Positions 1 to 12,578 of a stretch of DNA of 64,000 bases are shown piece after piece; the stretch's first letter is position 1; each line of letters begins with the position of its first letter. A program made the translations under genes and the position numbers. The stretch is from Chrysomallon squamiferum (Eukaryota > Animalia > Mollusca). The DNA lies in contig CM022674.1 of the NCBI GenBank assembly GCA_012295275.1, positions 13,764,001 to 13,828,000 on the forward strand. Direction: 5' to 3'. The notes beneath the pieces were generated by a model. The model was not told where the DNA came from. It saw nothing but the letters and a program-made list of their open reading frames with translations, and searched no databases.

Positions 1-139
1 TTTTTATAAAGGAAGCATATAAAATATTGCATGTGATGTAATATACTAGTATACAGTAATAATTAATAATATTTTTTGTTGTTGTTTTTCTTCTGTGAAA
101 TTGTTTTAAACTTCCCTTTCAGTTGTTAGTTTTAATGCA

Positions 140-3100
140 ATGACAGACATATACTCAGTTAAGGATTTGTATGGTTTATTTGTACATGAAGTGAAACAAA
201 AACCTTGTTCTGTTAGCCTAATATCATTTGAGGTTCAAAGATTTCAAAAAGGAATGAATGAAATTTATTAACAAATTAAAATTTCAGTATAGTTTAATAG
301 CTTTTTACCAGCAGTTACTAACTTTTTAAAGTATCCTCTACATTTGTTCTGTATTGTATTACAAGTATCCTACCAGTACCTTCTATGTCAACAGTGGAAG
401 AACTTAATACTTAAAGATAAATATCTTTGTTGTTTTATTTTCAGTGGCATATTTCAATTGTACGAACTCTCAGTGACCTTCCTGTGACCCAGTGTGACCT
501 TGACATTTGTTGTAACAAAAAGTTTCACTGTGGATTGTGTACAACTGAGGTATTCAAGCCAGCAAATTATTTGGAGTTGAAACAGCATTTTGTTACTCAT
601 TGGGATAACAGAGTTACCTGCCTTGGTAAGATATGCTATATATTTTGTTTATTTTTTATTTTTTTTTTTTGTTTCAAAGTTTGTGACAAACTTCCTTATT
701 AAGTTAGATGTATACAGTATTCTTGTGAGTCTTCATTAACATAAGCTCTCCCTGTTATCAAATCTCTATTGTGTTTTTACTTATAACTTGTTAATGGTTT
801 TTTCTTTACTTTTTTCTAGATTATTCTGTGTTGCCTTGTTACTTAAACTGTGAAGTCAGAGAAAAAGTTTCAGAAGGTGTCCAATGTCATTATCATTGTC
901 CAGGATGTGGTCAGACTTTTATATATCAGAATACATTTACAGCTCATCTGAAGGAGTGCACAAAGGGAAATAACTCCATTGAATCAGTATCTGAAATAGA
1001 TCAGAAGCCTTTTGATTCAACTGATGGTAACACCAAGTCCTTGGAAATGAATAATAAGAAATCTGTGGACAATTTCACAATTAACACTACTGGTAAAAAG
1101 ATTTTTCTTATGAATTTATGCATTTTTCAATTAATTAATGAACAGCTTGTACCAAATTATTCAGTAATCTGAACACATTTTTGTTTTAATTTTTTTAAAT
1201 TTATTTTATTTTATTTTTCTACTTTGTCTGTTTTATATTTTGATTTCTTTAAGGAGGAAAAATATACATTTTTATATCTGTGCACTGGGTTTTTATATTC
1301 TAACTAGTAACTTATAATTAATAAAGGTTGATGCCAGATTATGTATTTGTTCAAAACCACATACATTGTTTACAGGGAAATAATGTAATATTTTAATAGA
1401 TTTATTAAGTTTGTTGATCACTCCATATATTTAAATTTTATTAATATATTTTTCAAAATAAATTTGATAAAATATACAATTTTTAAAATTTTTAGATGCA
1501 GCTGAAAAGTCTCAGATTCACAGATTTCAGAAGCCCCAGTATTGAGAGAACCAAAAACAGAAGTAAAAATTTTGTTGATAAATTTATAATTAATTAACAC
1601 TACTTAATTTTTTTACTTTTACAAAAATGGATAATTTTATATTTATTTTTTGAAGAGATTTTCTCATTGTTGAGTTAGTTCAAATTATTTTTATCCACAA
1701 TAAACTAAATTTTTTGTAACAATGATATTTGAACATTTTTATACCTGTAATTTTAAACTCAAGTTTACCTAAATACAAAACAGACTGAAATAAATATCTA
1801 TATTATTATCACGAAAATGTATTTTTAGCTGTTTGAGACTGTGACAGCAATTCTGAGTAATGACACAATCACAAAACTTGAAGAGAGACTTGGTGAGTCA
1901 ATCAGCAACATTCTTGGCAGTGTCACCCATCTGGCAGGGTGTCACTGGTCCTCATCCCCAGGGACACAGAAGACAGTACACGCCTTAAATGGCACCATTG
2001 AAAACATAGCACAAGCCAAACAAATCTTAGAACAGGTAAAAAAAAAAAAAATTTCTTCATCACAAATACATAAAATTGTTTAAATAGATTTTTATAATTA
2101 TTAAAGTTGTTGTTATTATTGTTATTATTATAATTATTATTATTATCAATTTCATTGTCATTATTATTGTTGTTGTTTTTATTATTTTTTTAATTATTAC
2201 TATAATTTTATTTATTTATTTTTGTTTATTTTCATCTCTTCAAATAAAGTTTTTTTTTAAATCCTAAATCCTGTTACATATTGTGGATTATGCTTAAGGT
2301 TAATGGTGTGTGGTGTCTTGCTGATTATGTTACATTGCTAATTTTAAAACAGTTGAATTTGCTATTTAATTAATATTTAGATATTGTCATACATTCAGCC
2401 ATTTTTGAATATTTAAACATTTTAAAGTTAATGAAAAAAATGACAAAATTTGAATAAACACAGTTTTTTTTTAGTTGTTGACAGTTTAGAAAACATACAT
2501 AAAAAGTTTACTTATTCCGATAAATGTTTCAGGTTTTTTGAAAAAGGAAATGCATATACACAGATTACATAATTATGATGCATAACATCATCCTTATAGC
2601 CATAACAAGTGGAAATGTGATTTATAAAATTTCATTTGTTTGTTTTCATCACCTATTTTTTTTATACTATCCTAACATTTTTGGGAAAATGCTGCATGAA
2701 AACTGTTGGTGCTAGAGTTTCCAGATTTGAAATAAATATATTTAAAAACAAATACTACCAAAATGACAGAAATAAAATCTTTGAAAAGTTTCTTATCTTT
2801 TTTTTTTTATATAACCTTTATACAACTTTCTGTTCTTTCAAAATTCGAATGAAAAAAGTAGTCTTTTTTTAATTATCATTTCTTTTGAAGCATGTAAACA
2901 AAGACTAATTTCTTTCTGTTATTATGTAGAAATACATGTCTATGATGAACCCCAGCAGTTTGAATAATATTTATATATTGGTTTGGGTTGGAGAGGTCAT
3001 GAAATGGGGTACTATAATATTGAAAAAAAAAAAATATATATATAAAAGTAACCATTTGTCATAAAAAAAATAAACTTCAACTAATGTTTTATGGTAACAA

Positions 3101-6100
3101 AAGAGGATTATTTCCATATAGTTTCAGTTCTGTAACATAAAAAATTACTATTTATTATTTTTGCCACATATGTCCCCTTAATAATTAAAAATAGAAAACC
3201 AATAATAATAATAATAATACTTAATTCATGTTATAATATGATCAATCATGACCATGTTATTTGATTATTTGTAACTTTTATTACAGAAACTGAAGTCACA
3301 GGAGAGTGACAGAGAACAAGAAAGTGAAAATAGCTGTAAGTATTTATTAAAACTAGAGTTATCTTTCGATCAATATCCCTTTATTATGTTATATTTTATG
3401 TGCTGGGGAAGTAAGCATTAACTATCAAATATCTTTTTGTTATCAGATATATATTTACATTTTACTTTAACATCAATCACTTATAAAGAAATTATATCTG
3501 AATAGAGTATGTGTATGTACTTTTTTTAAGATGCATTATATCTTAATTTTTAAATCACTGAAAGAAATAAAAGATTGGATTTCTTATCTAAAGATACGTT
3601 TACATTTCACAATTTTGATACCAATCTTAATATTTATCTTTTCAATTCCTTTTGTCCACTGATTTTTTTTTTTTATTTATTTTTTTTTTTTTTTTCATTG
3701 TTATTTTGATAGCAAATCAAAAATCAACTATATCAACACAGACAGACATTTCCCTCATGGACTCTCTTGCCATGGTAACTCCTGACTCAAATACTACATC
3801 CATAGATAACAGAACTGCTCCTGTACAATCAGATGATCAATTAAGACATTATGAACAACAAAATGTCTCAAGTAAAGACTTTAAAAAGATTCCAAGTTTA
3901 AAGAAAAGAAAACCTGCTTCTGAAATTATGAACAAAAAAGAAAAAATACTGAAAAGAAAAGTTGGAAGGCCAAGAAAATTTTCTCTGTTTCCCAGTGAGG
4001 ACATCTCACTGCAGGACAAAAGTGATATTGGTGTTAAAAAAATTAGGAAGGCTGATGTTAGGCTAGTACAAAGACGGTCACGAAGTCCACATTCTAAAAG
4101 AAAGTTAAAATCTCTCCCATCAATAACTAAAGAACAAAACAAAAATAGTGAAGCAGATTTGACAAACGTGACAGAAGCAAAAGTTTATGGAACAAGAGGT
4201 AAAAAGATGGACTTTTCTTTTCTTGCAACTGGCAAAAAGAAGAAGAAACCCGAATCAAGGAATTACAGGTGTGAAAAGGAACCACTGACTAAGGTAGAAG
4301 TAGCTGGGAGGGAGATAAAAATGAAAACACTGACAGTGAATCTTACTGACATTAATAAACAAAGAGAAGAACCAGTAGAAAAAACATCAAAAGAATTTTC
4401 AGAAAGTGAAGAAGAAGAAGAAGAAGAAGAAGAAGAAGAAATTTGGCAAGATGATTCAGATGAGGATCCAGACTTTGTTGTGGAGATGAAGAACTAAGAT
4501 GTCTGATTCTGAGGATGATGGACATTCAGCAGAAGTCAATGATAATCTCTCCAGCAAGTTGTCAAAATCTGCCAGAAAGAAAGTTCATGATGAGAAAAGA
4601 ATAAGTAAAAACTTATCTGGAGCCTGCCAAAAGTTTTGTGTACCTCAGATTACTGTTCCGCTGGATTCACTTCATCAGAGCATTCAGAGATGTAGAAAAA
4701 AAGATGGTGGACTTACGTTTGAAGGACCAGACGAGTTAGATGAATGTGTTAGTGGTTTAGAAGATGAATTATCTCTGAAATGTATGTGTTGTGACTTCTC
4801 AGGCAAAAGTACTGTTGATTTAAAGGAACACATGATTAAAATTCACAAATTTGACCCACTTCACACGTGTTTTGTTTGTGGAAGACGTTTGAGACACACC
4901 AGAGCAGATCTCTACATATCAAGACCTCTTCTTGTGGTCAGGCCAAGACAAGTCAGAATCACCACTGTCTGAAATGTAGTTTTACCTCTCCAAACTTCGC
5001 CGATGTCACAGATCACCTCATACAAGAACACAGCATTGCCAATCCTCTCCGTTGTGATGTGTGTGAAAAACGACTCAAAGACAAACACAAACATTTAAAG
5101 CATCGTCATGGTCCCAAGAACCGAAATTTATCATCAGACTCTGAGGACTGGGGTTGTCAGTATTGTCAGTTTACTTCTGATGTTTTCTCCGAGGTGACTG
5201 ATCATCTCATACAGACTCACGACGTTTCTGATCCTCTTCGATGTGATGTTTGTGAAGTCACGTTCAAACAGAGCAAAGCTTACCACGTCAAACAGAAACA
5301 TGGACCCACAGACAAATACACGTACAACAAAGCCACTTCATGCTTGTTGTGTCGAAGGTCATTTGACCAGTTCTGTGACCTGACCCAGCATATCATCGAA
5401 GAACATCACATGGACAATTTACGCTGTGATGTTTGTGAAATGGTTTTTAGCTCGACTCAAGCACTGGAGATCCATCTTGACAAGATACATGGGCCGTCAG
5501 ACATCCAATGTTGTAATGTGTGTGGCAGAGGATTCAAAACAGAGCGTGCGTTAATAAAACACAAACAGTTAATCCACCAGATCTGCACAGAGGTAAGAAA
5601 ACAGTGCAAGAAATGTGACTTCGAGGCTCACTCTAAAAAGAGCTCAAACGTCACATGGCAACACACGCTGATAAGAACGAGTGTCCTGTGTGTCACAAAG
5701 TTCTGGCAAAGAATACCAACATCATGATCCACATCGACACCATGCACACCAGTCCCCAGCAGTGCGTCTGCAACATCTGTGGCAAAACATTCCGACATCC
5801 TCGTTATCTTCGTCTGCATCTTGGCCGTCACAGTGGAATCAAACCTCACGTCTGCTCCATCTGCGGCAAGCGATTCTTCGCCACAAACACTCTTCACTCA
5901 CACATGGAAATCCACAAAGACCAGAGCGACAGGACGTACAGACATATCTGTTCTGTGTGTGGACGTGGATTTAACGGCAAGACCAACCTTGATGACCACA
6001 TGAACAAACACACAGGAGCCAAACCTCACAGCTGCCCTCTGTGCGGGATAAAGTTTGGATTTCGCAGCATGCTGTACAAACATCACCAGTTCGTCCATTC

Positions 6101-6629
6101 TGATTTGAGACCCTTTTCTTGCAGTATTTGTTCAAAATCGTACAAAAGCAAGCAGAGACTTTCGGCCCATATGGTCTGCCATACAGGAATCAGTAAATTT
6201 AACTGTCAGCAATGTAAGAAAGCTTTCTCAACATCCAGCACGCTGAAACACCATCTACCACGATGTCGTGGTGAAAGAACAAAACAGTTTTCAGCATCTG
6301 GCGATATCATCCACGCAAACAACGAAATCATCATCCAGCTGATCAGTAATGACGAATCAACGGTGAAGATTGAGCAACTGGAGCAGAATGAAGTTGTACA
6401 CATTGTGGAGGAGGCAGACACTGCTACAGGCACTGTTGAAGAGGTCGTACAAGGGGAACAGATCTCGCAGGTGTATTTGTGTAGTGTTTGTGCAATGACG
6501 TTCCCAACATACCAGGCTGCAGAGAGTCATATAGGATCTGTACATGTCGAACAAGACTCCGAACATCAAACATACCAACAGTTACAAGTTCCTGTGACAC
6601 CTAAACAAGAAGTGTTTGATTGTTGGTGA
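140..6629 (+). CDS. Multi-exon C2H2 zinc-finger protein (N-terminal Cys/His motif, AT-hook, acidic tract, ~18 C2H2/C2HC fingers); frame interrupted by 1-nt deletions
   Basis: Exons: 140-232 (tentative ATG, weak donor), 445-625, 820-1092, 1496-1563, 1829-2035, 3287-3335, 3713-6629. AT-hook KRKVGRPRK at ~3952-3978 and poly-E at ~4408-4440. CxxC...HxxxH repeats with linker HTGAKPHSC. The frame is restored by adding one A at ~1505, two near 4484-4497, one at ~4881 and one at ~5635. Confidence 0.85.
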
Positions 6630-6891
6630 AGTGCCAGACAAAAAGTGTTTGATTATTGGTGAAGTGCCAGACAAAAAGTGTTTGATAAATGGTGAAGTGC
6701 CAGACAAGAAGTGTTTGATTATTGGTGAAGTGCCAGACAAAAAGTGTTTGATTATTGGTGAAGTGCCAGACAAGAAGTGTTTGATAAATGGTGAAGTGCC
6801 AATCAAGAAGTGTTTGATTATTGGTGAAGTAGAACTGTTTGATTACTGGTGAAGTGCCAGACAAAAGGTGTTTGATTATTGGTGAAGTGCC
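6605..6891 (+). repeat. 33-bp minisatellite, ~8.5 copies, whose first unit contains the zinc-finger stop codon
   Basis: Unit ACAARAAGTGTTTGATTATTGGTGAAGTGCCAG repeated in tandem; TGA at 6627-6629 lies in unit 1. Confidence 0.95.
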
Positions 6892-7759
6892 GTGTTATAT
6901 TAATAATAAAAACAAATATATAAAATACTCCTCAAAAATGTTAAAATAATAGTAGTTGAATAATATTGTAAATGTTGACTGAAATAAATAAGTAACAAAG
7001 TAATGAAATAAAGAAAAAAGTTCAAGAAAAATATAATTAAAAATAAGGTTAAATTGTTACAGTATTTTTTTTATAGTAGCATATAAATGTTAAATAATCA
7101 AAAATAAATTTCATTAATAAATAGAGAATATTTTATAATAATAATGTAAAAATATTAAAGACATGACTCATGAGGTTCTGGAAAAGTTGTTGCAGTCAGA
7201 TCATGATTGCAGTAATAACATTTAATTATTAATATGACAACAATTTTTAATCTATGTATATATACAAAAAAAAATTGTTAAAAGTTATTATATTGAAAAT
7301 ATAATAATAAATATTCAAGACGTTTTGACATCTTAATGCATGTGTGATTTGTAATTTGTATGATAGTGTGTGTGTTGTTTGGTTGTTGTTGTTTTTGTTC
7401 GATTTAACAGAAGTTTAACTGTTATATTTCTGACAGATAATTTTACTGTTAGCACAAGATGAAATATAAAACTGTCCTCTATTAAGAATGCTGTTTGATA
7501 CAGCATACAATAATTCTGAATGGTATGATTAAATAATTCAATTTTACTTACATTGTTTTGTTATTCATATATTTAGTGTAAATAATTATCTCTTTCTTTT
7601 TGAGTTCGTGCACTGGATGTGATGAATAGATATCAGTTACTCAGTCAAATATAAATAGATATAACTAATAAAATATTTTTTCGATTGTTCATAAATCTTG
7701 AGAATAATACTCTACAGTTAACAGCTTTTCTTATCTTCATATACATTGACAGAAAAATA

Positions 7760-8452
7760 CAGAGGTCCCTTGATTACAAGTTTAATTCGTTCCGTGACCG
7801 AGGTTGTATCTCAATTTGCTCGTATATCAAATCAATTTTCCTAACTGAAATTAAATTTTTTTCTCTCTCTTGTAACGTGATTTTAAATATAAGAAAAATG
7901 TATTTATAAATGACAAATATTGTATAAAAAAAAATAAAAGAGAATGTAAAGAAATATGTTGGTTTTGTAAAGTGTATTTATCTAGGAGATCAGACAAAAT
8001 ATTTTAACTCCTTTGCCTTTATCGACTCCTTCAGCTTCAGTGTGGTACATGTAGAATTGTAGAAGTACTACGCTCGTACTGCCTAGCCAAGTCGACTACA
8101 TGCACACATCGCTCATGTTTTTCTTTGAATTCAAGCTTTAATTCAATGGACATCATCCGCTTCTTCTTCTCACCACTGTCTTTTGTACTCACTTTCTTAG
8201 GATCCATGGCCAGAAAAAAGAAATCTGGCAAAATACTACACAAAACGCGTGCATAAAACAACGGAGATGCTTCCGCTGCGAGTTAACTACTTGAAGTAAA
8301 TGAGTGAGACGCGGGACGCTGGCCGGATGTTATGTTGTTCGTTGCGCCAACTAGCGGTGGCGTTTCTGAAGCTCGCTCGTAACTCGGATTTTGGCTCGCA
8401 ACTCAAAGCAAAAAATCGTAAGTTGGGGCACGCGTAAGTCGAAGTACCACTA
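7760..8452 (-). mobile_element. Non-autonomous pogo/Tigger DNA transposon, internally deleted, with transposase N-terminal HTH remnant
   Basis: Degenerate TIRs (CAGAGGTCCCTTGATTAC... / ...CGTAAGTCGAAGTACCACTA) flanked by TA at 7758-59 and 8453-54. Minus strand encodes MDPKKVSTKDSGEKKKRMMSIELKLEFKEKHERCVHVVDLARQYERSTSTI, resembling the CENP-B/psq-type HTH of Tigger transposases. Confidence 0.85.
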
Positions 8453-9034
8453 TAGTTAATTTAACTGCTAGAAACTTGACAGAGGATAGCTAAATAAACA
8501 TCTTTGGATCTATACTAGTATAGAAAACTTACGGAATGCCGTCCACAATTTCCATCACTGGCGCTGAATATGCACACAAACGTATGTATAAATATAAATC
8601 CTCACCGAACAAGAATATAAAAACAAATACAAAATAATAAAATACAAGTGTCTTTACAATTTATTTATTTATTTGAGTTGGTGATCTAATTTTTTTACGA
8701 CTTGTTTATATATTAAAAGATGAAATAAATATATGTTGGTTCCTTTGGTGACGTACATCCGTATCAAGCAGTCAGCCTCTATTCCATTCCTTTTATCTGA
8801 TTTCCATTTTGTGGACGTATCCAGGTTCTAAAGTTAATGGGAGGGAGCAAAAACAGAAAAAGGCGCATGACACATTCCGAATAATTTTATATTCATTATA
8901 CATTTTCATTTATTTGAAATCCAAAACACAAGGAAGTACACAACTACTATTCTGAAGGCCTATTTGAAATCAAACTAATAAATTAAAAAATTAAAATAAA
9001 GATTTAAAGTAAGTTTATAAATCTTTAAAAAATT

Positions 9035-9100
<66 letters not shown>

Positions 9101-9194
9101 TTTCAGTATAAAATGATAACAAAACGAAGCAATGTGAAACATATATGTAGCCAAACTGCGACAGTCGTTTTCATCTAGACTCTAGGGTCTAGAC

Positions 9195-9590
9195 TTAGTG
9201 CTGTGGATTTAGTGCTGTGAATAACATTACTGAAGAAAAGAAACCGACTGAATATCACTAAACGAGGCGACTTGAGATTGAAATTAACAATTTTTCTGCC
9301 TCGGATAAAATCTCTTTGCAGTAGACATCAGGCTCAAGGGTCTCATTAATTGATTGTAATTGAATTTATTTAATCTGATGGTAGATATGTTATACACATT
9401 ATAAAATGGATTTTATTTGATTAAATTTGAAGTTAAACCCTTTAGTTTTATTTGAAAGATACGATTTTTTATGTTATACTTCTTCAAAACTGATATTGTT
9501 ATATCATACTAAACAATTAACGGGTGGGGGACATGAAGAAATTTGTGATAAAAAAGTGGGACATGGTACTAAAATGGTTGGGAACCACTG
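9195..9590. mobile_element. hAT (Charlie-like) non-autonomous element relic
   Basis: Right end ...AAAATGGTTGGGAACCACTG is the reverse complement of a CAGTGGTTCCCAA hAT-type TIR. An 8-bp direct repeat GTCTAGAC flanks it at 9187-9194 and 9591-9598, matching the nTCTAGAn target of Charlie-like hATs. The left TIR is degraded. Confidence 0.6.
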
Positions 9591-9836
9591 GTCTAGACTT
9601 AAGGAAAGTTATCGATTACTTTTTTATATTCTTCAAAAAAGTTAGGGAAACTCTAATAAAAATTGACAACTGCCAAAATTGTAAGGTATATTAGCTGTGG
9701 GGAATGGTTTTATGATAATAATGAACAAATTGGGCAAACATTACTACAGGTAATTCAGTATTGCAATGGGTTTTATGACCGTCAGAGACCCTGAAGTGCA
9801 AATGTGGTCAGAAGTCAAATTCGGAAGTTGACCGGA

Positions 9837-9838
<2 letters not shown>

Positions 9839-9889
<51 letters not shown>

Positions 9890-10240
9890 GTAGTGGGTTA
9901 TATCGCCACGATGTGTAAAACATGCATTCAATAGACGAGGCAAACTACGCTCGAATAGTGATTTGAAGGAGTCTGTTCCGCTCCACGTAGAACGCCTGAA
10001 CAGGTTCCGCTAATGTGATTTGATTTGCTCTTTGAGCCTGGTTACGGACGAATCGATCGTCTACTCTTGCCGTTGCCCTGGACGACCAGTAGCGGGACTA
10101 ATACTCAACATGTTGGGTTTGTTGGTACCTGTTGCACAATCAGCTAATCACGTGAAGGTGTTGGCCACTTCACGTTGACTTCTGCCCGCCTACCGCATGC
10201 CAATAGTCTATACACGCTTGTCGTGTTGCATATGCCAAAT
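9839..10240 (-). mobile_element. GC/CpG-rich element ending in a (TAA)n tail; candidate SINE or LINE 3' end
   Basis: ~350-bp block of much higher GC than its flanks, directly joined at its minus-strand 3' end to (TAA)n at ~9839-9886. Contains hairpin ACGTGAAG...CTTCACGT at ~10149-10174. No clear A/B boxes. Confidence 0.35.
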
Positions 10241-10396
10241 TGTAAATTCAAACGACAAAAATTACTAAAACTGTTGTTCGATCAACAAAACTCAATTTTT
10301 TAATTTATTTTATTTTATTTTATTTTTTTTTTATTATTATTTAAACTTGCAGAAATAATTTTCCTCAGTGGTTATTAAAATGTTTTCAGGAAATGT

Positions 10397-10919
10397 TCAA
10401 AATCGAGAACGAGACACTTCGCAAATGTAAGGGTCACTGCATGATAGTAGTGGTAATAATAGTTGTAATAGATAACTGTATGAGTTGTAGTGCAAGTAAC
10501 TGAAGTAGTAGTAGTGACAGCACTAGTAACAAAAGCAGTAGACTAGTAGTAATTGTAGGTTAGTAGTTGTTTTATGTAGTTCCCCACTGCAGTGTTCTTT
10601 TTCATACTGTCCAATACAATCAGTTTTGAATGTGATTGGCTGCAGACATCACGTGCTTCTGGGAACATCTTCTTTCATCAGACATTTTGAAGCTCATTTT
10701 TACTTCCTGAAGAAAGAAAAATCCATCATCAAAGGACAGCTTTTAATCTGTGAAAATGTTATATTAATTATTATTATTTTTAGATGTAAAATAAAATATA
10801 TGATGTAATTAATGTTTCAGTTTTCTCTTCCTTTTACGTGCTGATCAGTTGAGGGAAGATATCGTCTATTGATTTTATCTTTGCGGAGTTTATTTAACGA
10901 ATCAATAGAATCAAATTTA

Positions 10920-10964
<45 letters not shown>

Positions 10965-11120
10965 TCTGAAGTGCAGTTAGCAATATTTCAGAGTACAGTT
11001 TTGAATAATCAGTTAGCTTTTCTTAAGGGATGTTTGACCGAGTGGGGTTTTACCCCGTATCTATATATAAGATAAATTACTTATCCAGTTACTTATTATT
11101 TTATTAATAAGTAATGGTGA

Positions 11121-11162
<42 letters not shown>

Positions 11163-11320
11163 ACAAACAAAAAAAATAAATAAACAAAATAGCAGTCACG
11201 ACAGCAGTAACAATATCTGTAATAAAAATAGCTTAAATAACAACAATACTGCCACTATTGCGCCTTCTGTTGTTATTACTACCTCAACTACCACCACAAC
11301 ATACTACTTCTACTACTTCA

Positions 11321-11372
<52 letters not shown>

Positions 11373-12259
11373 GTGATATTGTTTTACCTTGACTAAGATC
11401 GAAATGAATCCAGACTTGTGAAGGAGGATTACTGAAATTATTTGGAAATCTCGAAGAATGCAGACGACAGCTTCCGTCACTATTGAAAGAGAACGACTTA
11501 CAATTTACGTTTTCTTTACAATGTTTCCCACATTGTACATATTCAGTGACGTCAGAGAGTGTCATAATAACATTCACCAGAGTACTGATGTCGTCTGAAA
11601 AATAATTCTTTTTCCACGTACTCGTCTTAATGCTGATACAGCTGTCAAAAAAAACAAAACAAAAAAAAATAAATAAATAAATAAATGAAACCGCTTAATG
11701 AGAAGACTGTTTAAGATTTATTAAAGATTTCAATTAACAAACAACAGTCGTCAAGGTGAACAGTGACGTAAAATAATATATATAGCTAAACTACATAACC
11801 AGTGTAGTTCCAAATCTGGTAACTGTACCTTCCGGTAAGGGCAAAAAGTAAACAAAAGTGGATTTGCCATTGTAAACATCGATTTTTAATGCGATATTCA
11901 TTTGAGGGTAACTTTATTATTTTTTATTCATTGTTAAACAAATTCAGACTTCTTTGAATTTCCCATTATGGATGATTCATTCAGTCACCGATTAATTAAC
12001 CTATACACCTGAGATTTCAGTCCTCACTTTACTTGACAGAAAATATTACGATTTATGAGAAATGGCAGTTTATATCTTTTACTCATTAATATAAGTTAAC
12101 ATTATAATTAAACATGTGTGGGTATGAAATAAAATAGACAAATGTAAAAAATTTAATGTACGAAGGTTTATCCGTATAATACACATACCTCAGGTTAGTA
12201 TCAGTGTAGACAACAAGAGTTAGTAAACAAATTTTACTGAAGTAAGAACTATTCACCAT
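10397..12259 (-). CDS. Secreted PAN/apple-domain protein followed by a disrupted C-type lectin-like domain (possibly pseudogene)
   Basis: Exon 1 (12259-12189) MVNSSYFSKICLLTLVVYTDTNL is signal-like. Exon 2 (11641-11388) is in phase and has the PAN pattern QCGKHCKENVNCKSFSFNSDGSCRLHS. Exon 3 from 10747 reads SCP.DDGF...FPEARDVCSQSHSKLIVLDS.EKN only after several 1-nt corrections. Terminal CSDPYICE...stop lies at ~10441-10397. Confidence 0.6.
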
Positions 12260-12508
12260 CTCGCCACTGTAAACCAGTTTTGTTTGTGCGTAATTCAGAA
12301 AATGAACTAGTCGACCAGATGAGATAAAAATATGAAGCAGTCAATGATTTCTGAGATAAACACATTGATAAAGTAATAAAAGATACTGACTCTACATAAT
12401 TATAAATAAATTATATCAACTAACAGTTCTCATTAATCAGATTTGTTTACATTTTCTGCACACATTAATCATGACTTTTGATTGTCACCGTGTCCGTCTC
12501 CCTATGTG

Positions 12509-12510
<2 letters not shown>

Positions 12511-12574
<64 letters not shown>
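12511..12574. repeat. (TC)n microsatellite
   Basis: Perfect dinucleotide run. Confidence 0.95.

Positions 12575-12578
<4 letters not shown>

Noticed and set aside
4490-4500. Programmed ribosomal frameshifting in the zinc-finger gene
   Set aside because: No consistent slippery site or downstream structure. Homopolymer under-calling explains all breaks, including those in other genes.
6605-6891. CRISPR-like 33-bp repeats
   Set aside because: Units are contiguous with no unique spacers, there are no cas genes, and the context is eukaryotic.
9890-10200. RNase P RNA resemblance on the minus strand (TAGGCGGGCAGAAGTC..., GGAACAGACTC, ATAACCCA)
   Set aside because: The CR-I/CR-V P4 pseudoknot sequences and a closing P1 stem are not present.
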